31,782 nucleotides of DNA, taken from Elusimicrobiota bacterium (GTDB taxonomy: Bacteria; Elusimicrobiota; Elusimicrobia; UBA1565; UBA9628). The stretch is from the NCBI GenBank assembly GCA_027319565.1, contig DAHVNA010000025.1, positions 1-31,782 of the forward strand, in the 5' to 3' direction. The stretch's first letter is position 1. Each line of letters begins with the position of its first letter. The notes under the pieces were generated by a model. The model searched no databases. It saw nothing but the letters and a program-made list of their open reading frames with translations, and was not told the DNA's origin. The position numbers were made by a program, and so were the translations under genes. Positions 17,623 through 26,713 of the stretch are shown here, in pieces.

Positions 17623-18303
17623 TCAAAAACCTTTGAGCTTTGGCGCAGAAGAATTCGTCAGCGGAACATCCTCAATGGGAAAACGCTTCCAGCCCTTCGC
17701 GTCAAAATGCCACCACTCAGTTGGAAGCCCCACAAATCCGTGTCGTTCCATGACGGTCTCAAGCAGTTTCATATCGCGCCGAGCCGCGGGGCTTGAGCCC
17801 TTCCAGTTTCGATGAGCGCGCTTGGAAAAATTATCAAAGCCGGAAGGCATGAGGAGTTCTTTTCCCGCCGCATTAGCCAGCGAGACGTCTACCGCAGCTC
17901 CTCTGTTATGCCGGGAACCCTTGGCGGGGTTGGCGACATATCTTTCATCCGGCGCCAAAGCCCAAAATTTTTTTTGAATCGAAAGCGGGCGATAACAGTC
18001 AAAAATAACCAGTCGAAGCCCCTGAGCTTCAAAATCCTTGGCCGCTCCCAAAAGCTTTTGAGCGACGCTGGGCCGCAACAGGCAACGCGCCACGGGATAA
18101 ACCTGCTGGTGGGTAAAATTATTTTTGGTGGCATAGCGCATATCCAAGACGATATGCGGGTCCAGCTTGGCAAAATCCACCATCTTCGCCGTTTGAGAAG
18201 GGGCCGATTTTGCCCACGCGCCCGCGGTTAACAGGGATAAGATAAAGGCCCTGTAGAAAACCGGGCTGTTCGGATAGCGGCATTCCTTGACTGCGCCTCT
18301 CAT
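17623..18303 (-). CDS. ddpX: D-Ala-D-Ala dipeptidase (M15D, VanX/DdpX family), probably exported
   Basis: YAT.NNFT, FDCYRP..Q, S.HNRGAAVD, EWWHF; hydrophobic signal-like stretch ILSLLTAGAWA. Confidence 0.9.
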   Translation of the reverse strand: MRGAVKECRYPNSPVFYRAFILSLLTAGAWAKSAPSQTAKMVDFAKLDPHIVLDMRYATKNNFTHQQVYPVARCLLRPSVAQKLLGAAKDFEAQGLRLVIFDCYRPLSIQKKFWALAPDERYVANPAKGSRHNRGAAVDVSLANAAGKELLMPSGFDNFSKRAHRNWKGSSPAARRDMKLLETVMERHGFVGLPTEWWHFDAKGWKRFPIEDVPLTNSSAPKLKGF

Positions 18304-18398
18304 TCCCTTATTGTAAAAAAAATTGCGCGGCTAAAAGTTTTTTAGGGAAATGACGCGTGTTTGTCGCGTTGGGCAAAAAAGGCGTGGGCCAGGAGCCC

Positions 18399-19958
18399 TT
18401 ACCAGGCCGTCGGTTTGTAGTCTTTAAAAAAATTTCCCCAGACCTGTTTGCCGCTGAGAAGCACCGAAAAAATCGGATCACAGACGCGGGCCGCGCCGTC
18501 AATGATATCCAAGGGCGGTTGAAAATCGAGATCTTCTTTTTTTCTCGCGGCGTAAAGCGCGGGATCTTCGTCCGTCACCCAGCCCGTGTCGACGGCGTTC
18601 ATGAAAATTCCGGATCTGGCGTAATCTTGGGCCGAGGTGAGAGTCATCATGTTGAGCGCGGCTTTGGCCATATTGGTATGAGGATGCTTGTCGGTTTTGG
18701 TTCCTCGAGAAAAACTGCCCTCCATGGCCGAGACGTTGACGATATGTTTCTCATTGGTTCGATCTCTAGTCATCAAAGGCTTGAGCTGAGCGCAAAGAAT
18801 AAACGGCGCGACGGAATTAATGAGTTGGAGTTCTATCATTTCAACGCTGGGCACCTCGGAAAGAGTCATGCGCCAGCTGTTTTTTGCGCGGAGGTCCACC
18901 TGCTGAAGATCCGCGTCTATCTGTCCCGCCGGAAAAACGTCTTGGGCAATATCCGCGTCGGAATAGGAGTATTTAAGTTGAGACAAGCGCGCCGATTCCC
19001 TGAGTCCGATCCCCGGACCTCCCGCGTGCCATTGAGCGAGCCCCGTCGCATCGGATTCGCTTCTGAGGGGCAAGGCGGCGGACATCGAAAGAGCTTTAAG
19101 GCAAGCCCTATGATTTTTTAAAAGAGCTTGAACTTCGATGGAATTCGCGTTTGCCGATTCAAATTCTTTCTCAAGAAGATGGGAGTAAAAAGCCGGAGGA
19201 CGGCGCACGGTTTGCGCGGCGTTGTTGATTAAGATGTCGAGCCTGGGAAGCGTCGCACAAAGATAGTGGGCAAAGATTTCAACGCTGGGAGAATGGCGGA
19301 GATCGAGCCCGTGAATTTGCAGACGATTTTTCCAGGAAGTAAAATCCGGCTCGCGGGAGTATCTCTCGGCGGCGTCTCTGGGAAATCTTGTGGTGACAAT
19401 GACTTCCGCCCCGGCGCGAAGAAGCATCAGCGCCGCCTGATAGCCGATCTTGATGCGGGCGCCCGTGATAACGGCCACGCGTCCATCAAGCGATGCGGTT
19501 TGATAGCGCTTGGCGTAGTTAAATTCGGCGCAAGGCGGACACAGAGAATCGTAAAAGAAATGAAGGGTTCTAAATTCCGCCTTGCAAATATAGCAGAACC
19601 GTGGTTTTTTAAGCTCTCTTTCTTCTTGCGTCCGGAAATCCTCGGAAACTCGCGTCGGAGGGGTAAAGACCGTCGCTTTTCGCGTTTGGCGGATCAAGGT
19701 TGACGCGCGCGCTTCACGATCCTTGATGTCAAGCGCTTGCTTGCTTTTGGCGCGCAATCCGCGGGAGAGTTTTCTCGATTCAAGCCGAGTGGGGCGAGAA
19801 ACGCGTCCTGCGGCGGATAAAAGCGCAACGCGCGTTTTTTCCGGAACTTGTGCGAGAAGCCCGCGGTCGTTGAGAATGGCTTCAAGCGTCTTGATGGCGC
19901 GCTCAATGTCTGCGAAATCTGGCATTGACCGAGCAGGTGGCAATATTAAAGAGCCCAT
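18399..19958 (-). CDS. SDR-family oxidoreductase with N-terminal CxxC...CxxC extension
   Basis: CYICK...CPPC, TGARIKIG, LINNAAQT, NVSAMEG, HPHTNMAKAALNMMT, AVDTGWV. Confidence 0.88.
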   Translation of the reverse strand: MGSLILPPARSMPDFADIERAIKTLEAILNDRGLLAQVPEKTRVALLSAAGRVSRPTRLESRKLSRGLRAKSKQALDIKDREARASTLIRQTRKATVFTPPTRVSEDFRTQEERELKKPRFCYICKAEFRTLHFFYDSLCPPCAEFNYAKRYQTASLDGRVAVITGARIKIGYQAALMLLRAGAEVIVTTRFPRDAAERYSREPDFTSWKNRLQIHGLDLRHSPSVEIFAHYLCATLPRLDILINNAAQTVRRPPAFYSHLLEKEFESANANSIEVQALLKNHRACLKALSMSAALPLRSESDATGLAQWHAGGPGIGLRESARLSQLKYSYSDADIAQDVFPAGQIDADLQQVDLRAKNSWRMTLSEVPSVEMIELQLINSVAPFILCAQLKPLMTRDRTNEKHIVNVSAMEGSFSRGTKTDKHPHTNMAKAALNMMTLTSAQDYARSGIFMNAVDTGWVTDEDPALYAARKKEDLDFQPPLDIIDGAARVCDPIFSVLLSGKQVWGNFFKDYKPTAW

Positions 19959-19981
19959 TGGCGTTATTCTATCATGGAAAC

Positions 19982-20371
19982 TTAAATAAGGCCGGGCTCT
20001 TTTTCTTTGGAGAGATGGTCTTCCGAGGACGAGAGAAATTTCAAGAAGCGGTTTTTTGAGTTAACGAGAATCGAGGCGGGGGAAATCGGCTTGTCGGAAA
20101 GCTCAAAGCCCATGACAATGATTTCTTCCCCGGCTTTGATCAAATGCGCGGCCGCTCCGTTCATCGTGACCGTGCCCGAGCCGCTTGGCGCGGAAATAAC
20201 GTAGGTTTCAAGGCGAGCTCCCGTTGTGTTACTGACGACCAAAACTTTTTCGCCCGTCCAAAGGCCGGTCTTTTCGATTAAGTCCTGGTCAATGGCGATC
20301 GAGCCGATGTATTTGACGTCGGCTCCCGTCACCACGGCTTTATGAATTTTTGAGCGGAGCATCCAGCGCAT
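19982..20371 (-). CDS. panD: Aspartate 1-decarboxylase
   Basis: SKIH.A.VT, Y.GS (pyruvoyl cleavage site), R.ETY.I, NGAAAH. Confidence 0.95.
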   Translation of the reverse strand: MRWMLRSKIHKAVVTGADVKYIGSIAIDQDLIEKTGLWTGEKVLVVSNTTGARLETYVISAPSGSGTVTMNGAAAHLIKAGEEIIVMGFELSDKPISPASILVNSKNRFLKFLSSSEDHLSKEKEPGLI

Positions 20372-20381
20372 AAAATCGTTT

Positions 20382-22079
20382 TTAAGAGCTGCGCGTCAGC
20401 TTCTTGTAGTGGATGCGTTTAGGCTGAATATCCCCCAAACGCTTTTTGCGGTCTTCCTCGTAATCCGAGTAGTTTCCCTCAAACCAGCGCACAACGCTAT
20501 CCCCCTCAAAGGCGAGAATATGGGTCGCGATTCGGTCCAAGAACCAGCGGTCATGGCTGATGACGACCGCGCATCCGGCGAAATTGGAAATCGCCTCTTC
20601 CAAAGCGCGCAGGGTATGAACATCCAGATCGTTGGTCGGCTCATCAAGCAAAAGAACGTTTCCGCCTTCCTTAAGCATCCGCGCCATATGAACACGGTTT
20701 CTCTCGCCTCCCGACAAATTCTTGACTATTTTCTGCTGATCGGTCCCGGAAAAATTAAAGCGCGCGACGTATTGGCGGGAATTGATTTCTTTTTTTCCGA
20801 GAGTCACGACATCTAGCCCGCCTGTGATCGCTTCCCAGACATTGGCATCAGGACTTAAAGAATCGCGCTCTTGATCGACATAGGCGAGTTTCACCGTTTC
20901 GCCCACTTTAAAATATCCCGCATCTGGTTTTTCTTGGCCGGTAATCAGGCGAAATAAAGTCGTTTTTCCGGCGCCGTTGGGGCCGATGACGCCGACGATG
21001 CCATTGGGCGGAAGATTGAAACTTAAATTTTCAAAGAGAAGCTTGTCGCCGTAGGCTTTGGAAATTCCCTGCGCTGAAATGACGGTTTCACCGAGCCTTG
21101 GCCCTGGCGGAATGTAAATCTCAAGAGTCTCCGAGGTTTTTTCCGTTTGACCCTCCGAAACCATTTGCTCATATGCCTTGAGGCGCGCTTTTCCCTTGGC
21201 TTGGCGGCCTTTGGCTCCCATTCGCACCCACTCAAGCTCTTTGGCTAAGGATTTCTGATATTTGGATTCGGTTTTCGATTCCTGGGCCAAGCGATTTTGC
21301 TTTTGTTCAAGCCAGCTTGCGTAATTGCCCTCCCAGGGAATTCCTTCTCCACGGTCAAGCTCTAAAATCCAGCCCGCGACGTTGTCCAGGAAATAGCGGT
21401 CATGCGTGACGGCGATAATCGTTCCTTTATATTGCCGCAAATGTTGCTCCAACCATTCGACCGATTCCGCGTCCAAGTGATTGGTGGGCTCATCTAAAAG
21501 CAAAATGTCGGGTTCCTGCAAAAGAAGGCGGCAAAGCGCGACGCGGCGTTTTTCTCCACCGGAGAGATGCGAAACGTTTTGATCCGGCGGCGGGCAACGC
21601 AGAGCGTCCATCGCCAGCTCAAGCTTATTGTCAAGCTCCCAAGCGCCGCAAGCTTCGATTTTTTCCTGGAGTTTCCCCTGTTTTTCAAGAAGCTTTTCCA
21701 TGTCCTCGGGGGTCAAGGCCGGATCGGCGAGTTTATCCGATATGGCGTTATAATCATCGAGGATTTTCTTAGTTTCGGCGACACCCTCCTCGACAATTTC
21801 GCGAACGGTCTTAGAGGGATCCAATTGCGGCTCCTGCTCTAAGATACCGACCGAATAACCTTTTGAAATCGTGATCTGGCCGGTGTATTCCGCGTCTTTT
21901 CCGGCCATGATGCGAAGAAGCGTCGACTTTCCGCTGCCGTTGTCGCCCAGAACTCCGATCTTCGCGCCATAATAGAAGGAAATATAAATTCCCTTGAGCA
22001 CCTGCTTTTTGGGAGGGTGTATGCGCCCGACGTCTATCATCGAGTAGATGATTTGTTTAGTGTCGACGGTGGTGGCCAT
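20382..22079 (-). CDS. ettA: Energy-dependent translational throttle ABC-F protein
   Basis: Two ABC domains; SFYYGAKIGVLG.NG.GKST, AMDALRCPP, ELEWVR...KGRQAKGKARL, FEGNYSDYEED. Confidence 0.96.
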   Translation of the reverse strand: MATTVDTKQIIYSMIDVGRIHPPKKQVLKGIYISFYYGAKIGVLGDNGSGKSTLLRIMAGKDAEYTGQITISKGYSVGILEQEPQLDPSKTVREIVEEGVAETKKILDDYNAISDKLADPALTPEDMEKLLEKQGKLQEKIEACGAWELDNKLELAMDALRCPPPDQNVSHLSGGEKRRVALCRLLLQEPDILLLDEPTNHLDAESVEWLEQHLRQYKGTIIAVTHDRYFLDNVAGWILELDRGEGIPWEGNYASWLEQKQNRLAQESKTESKYQKSLAKELEWVRMGAKGRQAKGKARLKAYEQMVSEGQTEKTSETLEIYIPPGPRLGETVISAQGISKAYGDKLLFENLSFNLPPNGIVGVIGPNGAGKTTLFRLITGQEKPDAGYFKVGETVKLAYVDQERDSLSPDANVWEAITGGLDVVTLGKKEINSRQYVARFNFSGTDQQKIVKNLSGGERNRVHMARMLKEGGNVLLLDEPTNDLDVHTLRALEEAISNFAGCAVVISHDRWFLDRIATHILAFEGDSVVRWFEGNYSDYEEDRKKRLGDIQPKRIHYKKLTRSS

Positions 22080-22098
22080 TTATTTTTAATGAATTTTT

Positions 22099-22170
22099 TG
22101 GCGCCGGGAGGACTCGAACCTCCGACATGACGCTTATGAAACGTCCGCTCTACCTCTGAGCTACGGCGCC
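22099..22170 (-). tRNA. tRNA with CAT anticodon (probably elongator Met; Ile2 not excluded), CCA not encoded
   Basis: Reverse complement GGCGCCGTAGCTCAGAGGTAGAGCGGACGTTTCATAAGCGTCATGTCGGAGGTTCGAGTCCTCCCGGCGCCA. G1:C72 is paired and there is no GGG/CCC anticodon stem, so it is not the initiator. Confidence 0.93.
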
Positions 22171-22245
22171 GCTCGGATGTTATTTTACTAAATTAGAAAC
22201 AAAGGGGAGCGGTTGCCCCGGAAAGGCTGGCAAAAATTCACGAAA

Positions 22246-22288
22246 CTGGGCCTTTTGCCGAAACTCTTCTGGGCCTTTCGGCCCATAC
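22246..22288 (+). promoter_or_regulatory. 43-bp tandem motif (2 x CTGGGCCTTT, 23-bp period), copy B
   Basis: CTGGGCCTTTTGCCGAAACTCTTCTGGGCCTTTCGGCCCATAC, with an exact 10-bp direct repeat. Followed 16 bp later by TGtTAAAAC (22305-22313). Confidence 0.65.
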
Positions 22289-22319
22289 ACTTCCGCGTTA
22301 AGAATGTTAAAACAATGTC

Positions 22320-23918
22320 ATGAACCCACAAAGGCGCCGCTTCCCAAAAAACAAAATCAATTTCCGGATGCTTTCCATCTTTTTGCCGATCGCCCTTATC
22401 GTCGCGCAAGCCCGAGGAGAAAGCCTTGGTCCCCGAGAATCCTTGCCTCAAGAAATTCCAGGCCTCTCCGTCACAAACCCCGCGCCGACTAATTTTTCGG
22501 ACCCTCTGGAATCCTTGCCCGATCTCAATAACGTTGAGCCTGATAATCTAAAGCTTCCTGACACTCTTTCCTTAGATAAAGAATTAGGAGCTCCTCAGGC
22601 CGAAGAAAAAGCGCCGCTCAAAAAATATTCGACCCCGCAAATTCCCGCAAATATCAAGGAATCGGCAAAAAAGCTGTCTCACAGACTCAAACATATTCTT
22701 GCCGCAGTCTCTCGTCCTCTGGGAATTAAAGATTCCGGGAATCCGGAAGAACTTTCTTCTCTCTTCGACGGAGCCCGCGAAGGGCAATCTGGATTTATCG
22801 TCAACGATGACGGGGTTCGCGTCTCCGGAAAAGCCGCGGAGTATTATCAAGAAGTTCACCGCTTCATTGAACAGTACAAGGACAAAATTGATCTCAGCGA
22901 AAGCCTGGGAGTGATGGACGATTCCTACGCGGATGTTTGGGCCAAGCTGAAGGTCATTGAAAGCGTGGACCCGCACCCCGCCCTTGACCATCATAACGAG
23001 CATCTGGATGAAACCTTAACCTGGGTGGATGGAGTGGCCAATATTGGCGGGAAAAGAACCGCGATTTACACGCACCGGGTTTTCTTTCACCCCGCGAAAA
23101 ACCCGCAATCTGAAATTCAGGAAGGCATCCGCCGCGTCAATGGCTATATCAACGAAACCACCCGCTATTTTGATAAACACGGAAAAGCCGAACAAGCTTT
23201 GGGCCCCTTAAATCAAGTGGTCCTGGGCTTTGACACGCGCGGCTACACGGAAATCAAGGACTTTATTAAGACGCGAGAAAAAGAGCTTCAAAAAACGCAT
23301 GGCGACCGCTTTCGCTTCGTTTATTTAGATGAAATCGCCAAGGTCCCGCAAAACCCCGCCGACATGCGCGCGGCGCTCAACACTCTTGTCAACCAATACA
23401 AGGGCAATTCCCTTCAAAAAATAATCGAAGGAGTGATTTACAGCCGCTATACGGGTTTACTCCTTGAGCTCAAAACCCTGGAACATTACTACAAGGAAAA
23501 CTATAAAATTCTGCAAAGCGGCCGAGAGATTTTCGATGAAAACGGCCACTACGTGACCGAACTTGACGCCGTAGTCAAAAGTCCGGAGGGCCTCACCTAT
23601 CTAATCGAGGCCAAATCTTCTCGCGTCCTCTTGCCCAAAGAACGAGTGCTGGAAGGAAAGATTCTTTACAAATTGGACGCCTATAAAAAGAATCAAGCTC
23701 TCTTGGAAAAAGAAATCCACGCTCCACTCAACGTGGTTTTTTCGATGGACCTTGGAATCCCCAAGGATTCCGATCGGAAACACGGGCAAAATTACGAAAG
23801 GGGTCTTCGGCAAAAAGAGCTTATGGAATTTTTAAAGGCCCAGGCTCCGATTTTAAGCCGCCGCTACGGATTCCCCGTCTCGTTTCTCTTCATTGACGGA
23901 AGCGCCGGAAACAATTAG
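22320..23918 (+). CDS. Exported hypothetical protein with C-terminal PD-(D/E)XK nuclease-like motif
   Basis: Basic n-region plus hydrophobic h-region (MLSIFLPIALIVAQARG), Pro/acidic linker, then G..LE helix followed by ELDAVVKSPEGLTYLIEAKS (D-x13-EAK). Confidence 0.6.
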   Translation: MNPQRRRFPKNKINFRMLSIFLPIALIVAQARGESLGPRESLPQEIPGLSVTNPAPTNFSDPLESLPDLNNVEPDNLKLPDTLSLDKELGAPQAEEKAPLKKYSTPQIPANIKESAKKLSHRLKHILAAVSRPLGIKDSGNPEELSSLFDGAREGQSGFIVNDDGVRVSGKAAEYYQEVHRFIEQYKDKIDLSESLGVMDDSYADVWAKLKVIESVDPHPALDHHNEHLDETLTWVDGVANIGGKRTAIYTHRVFFHPAKNPQSEIQEGIRRVNGYINETTRYFDKHGKAEQALGPLNQVVLGFDTRGYTEIKDFIKTREKELQKTHGDRFRFVYLDEIAKVPQNPADMRAALNTLVNQYKGNSLQKIIEGVIYSRYTGLLLELKTLEHYYKENYKILQSGREIFDENGHYVTELDAVVKSPEGLTYLIEAKSSRVLLPKERVLEGKILYKLDAYKKNQALLEKEIHAPLNVVFSMDLGIPKDSDRKHGQNYERGLRQKELMEFLKAQAPILSRRYGFPVSFLFIDGSAGNN

Positions 23919-26203
23919 TTTCCAGATCCTGCCGCCGAATTCTGGATCGGCTTTTTGGCAGGTTTCTTCGCCTTTTTCTTCGCCGCAAAATGGGCTTTCC
24001 AGTTTCTATTTTTAGCGCGTTTTTTCTTTCGTGAAGATTTCTTTTTTGAAGTTTGAGAGATTTTTTGAGCGGAAGAAAGTCCGTAAGCTCTCTCAATTTG
24101 ATATTGCGGGAAATAGCGTTTGAGAATATCCTTCCAATTTATCCCCAGACTGGCCTGTCCCAATGTTCCATTAAGACAAAGCCCTAATCCGCTTCCAGTC
24201 CCAGCCCCCCACAAAACAAAAAATTGAACAAACCTTCCGTCACTGACAGGCGTCAAAGTAAATAGGCTTGAGCGCAAAGAATGAGGAGAAAGAACTTCTT
24301 GAATTTGAGAAAAATTAGCCGCCTTCCAGCTTCCTTTGGCCCCTATGACCGTCATCTCCAAGACCCGCCCGGTCTCAGAGCGGCGGTTAATTTCAATATG
24401 CCTTATTTTGCCAATATCTTTAAACGCCTTGATTCTTTGCCGGATGGAATCTGCCGGAATAATTCTCACCCAACGGGAATAGGTCTGGCGAACGGGAGCG
24501 GAATTTGAGAAAAGACTATCTGGAGGAAATCCATGAATCCAGCGCTCAAAATCAGCCGGAGAATCAGGTGGAGAAATAGCGGTGGGCGCGTCAACAACCG
24601 AAACTAAATGCTTGAGTTGCGGATCGGGATAATCCGCCCCCTCTTCTGTAAATCCCCCGCAATCCTGATGCCATGCAACCTTAGCAATGCGGCCACCATA
24701 TGATAAAACCTCGCCATTGGTGTCTTGGACACCCTTGGTTGAGCGGCTCATTTCAGAAGTGACGCCGCGATAACTCTGACAGGTGAAGGAGTCGCAGATA
24801 TCGGATTTTTCCAGATTTAGTCTTCCCAGGCTTTTATACCACAAAGCCGTCGTGCGGGCAACGACCGCCGCCGCCCGATAAGCCTGGGCCGGTTCTTGTC
24901 CACCCATGACTCGCCCGACAACGCCATAGAGATAATCTTCCACTCCGGTTTCATTGACCAATTTAAATCCCTCCGGGTTTGGGAAAACCTCGATAGTTCC
25001 GCGCAATTCCCGATCCCCGGAATCAAACCCAATCGTATTCGAGAAATGCGCGCTTTTAAGCAAAACCGATCCTAAGGAACCCGAGGAAGGAATAATTTTA
25101 AACGGCTCTTTTGTCGCGTACTCGATATTGCCCTCGGTATCGCGAACTTCAATCAAGCCGTTTTCAGATTCAAAAGATATTTGCCATTGATTGTAGGGCC
25201 CGATATTGTCTCGAATCACCTCATTGGCGCTAGAAACAATCTTAAATGAACGGTTAGTCATGAAATAGACCCGAGTCATCGTATGAGGGCGGCCTTTTTC
25301 TCCGCAGAAAAGAGCGACGCGAATAGTCGGGCTTGAGACATCCACTTCCGTTGAAATATCTCCCGACAAAAAAGGCCTTGAAATTCGCTTCTCCAGAAGA
25401 ATTTGACTGGCCGGTTCCGCCAAATATTTTTCGATGGATTTAAGAATGCGCGCGAAAACGGGATTGCCGGGCTCCAAGGACAATAAATGATGGTAGAGAA
25501 TCCAAGCATCCTTATTTTCTCCGATTTTAAATTCCAGCCGGGCCAGATCGACCATGGCCTCGAAGTTAAAAAGATCCAGGCTCACGCTTTGATTAAAAGC
25601 GGCCACCGCCGCTTCCAGATTTTTCAAACGCAATTCCGTCTCCCCAGTCTTATCGTAGGCGACAGAGAGAATGTAAGGGCTTTTGGTCAGGCACAGGCCG
25701 AGGGGCTTTATCGCCAGTTTAGGGTGTCCATCCAAATTCTCCGCGGTCCCCAAGCCTAAATAGGACTCCGCTTGCTGGGAGGAATTGAGCGAGTGTTTAA
25801 GAGCCTGGGAAAACGCCTCTTTCGCCTCGCGCAAATTTCCTGCGGAAAGATACGCCCACCCTTCCTGATTGAAAACAAAACCATCCGCGTCGGAATTTAA
25901 AGAAGCCCGCATCCAATGGGCCAAGGCCTGGTCGTTTTTTCCGGAGTCCCGGTCTAAAATCGCCAAATTTTCGTCGGGGCGATCCACATCGGAACCCATC
26001 ACTTCGAGATAGCGATAGGAATTTCTAGAGTCTTCAAAACGCCCCTCTAAAAATGCCTGGTAACCTTCCTTGCGAACCTCTTGGACCTCTTTGTCAATGC
26101 GGGTCTCGACGGTTTGGGTCGATGAAACGGCATCCATCCCAAAGACCGGCCAGCGCGCGCATAATAGCGCGGCCCATAAAAACCAAAATCTGCGCTTCAT
26201 CAC
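23915..26203 (-). CDS. TPR-repeat + SpoIID/LytB domain protein (peptidoglycan lytic transglycosylase-like)
   Basis: Signal peptide, TPR-like helices, VN...VEDYLYGVV, A.AVVART, ICD...CQSY.G, R..TGRV, LRS.LF, G.G.GLG, ILKRYFP; Lys-rich tail. Confidence 0.85.
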   Translation of the reverse strand: MMKRRFWFLWAALLCARWPVFGMDAVSSTQTVETRIDKEVQEVRKEGYQAFLEGRFEDSRNSYRYLEVMGSDVDRPDENLAILDRDSGKNDQALAHWMRASLNSDADGFVFNQEGWAYLSAGNLREAKEAFSQALKHSLNSSQQAESYLGLGTAENLDGHPKLAIKPLGLCLTKSPYILSVAYDKTGETELRLKNLEAAVAAFNQSVSLDLFNFEAMVDLARLEFKIGENKDAWILYHHLLSLEPGNPVFARILKSIEKYLAEPASQILLEKRISRPFLSGDISTEVDVSSPTIRVALFCGEKGRPHTMTRVYFMTNRSFKIVSSANEVIRDNIGPYNQWQISFESENGLIEVRDTEGNIEYATKEPFKIIPSSGSLGSVLLKSAHFSNTIGFDSGDRELRGTIEVFPNPEGFKLVNETGVEDYLYGVVGRVMGGQEPAQAYRAAAVVARTTALWYKSLGRLNLEKSDICDSFTCQSYRGVTSEMSRSTKGVQDTNGEVLSYGGRIAKVAWHQDCGGFTEEGADYPDPQLKHLVSVVDAPTAISPPDSPADFERWIHGFPPDSLFSNSAPVRQTYSRWVRIIPADSIRQRIKAFKDIGKIRHIEINRRSETGRVLEMTVIGAKGSWKAANFSQIQEVLSPHSLRSSLFTLTPVSDGRFVQFFVLWGAGTGSGLGLCLNGTLGQASLGINWKDILKRYFPQYQIERAYGLSSAQKISQTSKKKSSRKKKRAKNRNWKAHFAAKKKAKKPAKKPIQNSAAGSGN

Positions 26204-26694
26204 TGGGGGCTACTAATGCGCAACACCACTCGATTGGCGATATTGGGCAAGGATTGCGCGCGCTGGACCATTTCTTCAATGTCTTGAACCAAATACCAGG
26301 CCTCAATCTTATATTCCGCTTCCCGCATATGCTGATGAGCAAGCAAGGCCTTGCCGTGCAAGGCCTTAACATCCCGGTTTAAACGCTCGCACACTCTCAT
26401 CAAGGATTGCGCGGCCTTGACCGAAGACTCTTCATAGACAGCCGAACGTTCGATGGCCCCCACCTGATTAGGAACGGCGGCGACATCAAAGCCAAAACGC
26501 CTTATCTCTTGCCGAAAATGCTGGAGATCCGATCCAAACATCATATCGGGATTTTTGTGCCCGTTTTTGACGTTTGTGGCAATTCTCTGGGCGCGAAAAA
26601 GCAACTCGTCTAAACGCGCGCTCTGAACGGAAATACGATCGCAAAGAATTCCTAAACTTCCTTCTACTTGTCTTAGAGCGCGAGCCAATTCCAT
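26200..26694 (-). CDS. Hypothetical alpha-helical protein
   Basis: 164-aa ORF with AGGAG SD; stop overlaps the next start; predicted all-helical; no motif recognised. Confidence 0.7.
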   Translation of the reverse strand: MELARALRQVEGSLGILCDRISVQSARLDELLFRAQRIATNVKNGHKNPDMMFGSDLQHFRQEIRRFGFDVAAVPNQVGAIERSAVYEESSVKAAQSLMRVCERLNRDVKALHGKALLAHQHMREAEYKIEAWYLVQDIEEMVQRAQSLPNIANRVVLRISSPQ

Positions 26695-26713
26695 GATTTA
26701 AGCTCCTAAGCCT

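Noticed and set aside
18357..19121. 254-aa plus-strand ORF
   Set aside because: Antisense shadow of the well-conserved SDR gene; no recognisable motif or start signal.
22246..22288. CRISPR array or intrinsic terminator reading of the CTGGGCCTTT repeats
   Set aside because: Only two 10-bp units, no cas genes, no U-tract after the GGGCC/GGCCC hairpin, and the site lies between divergent genes.
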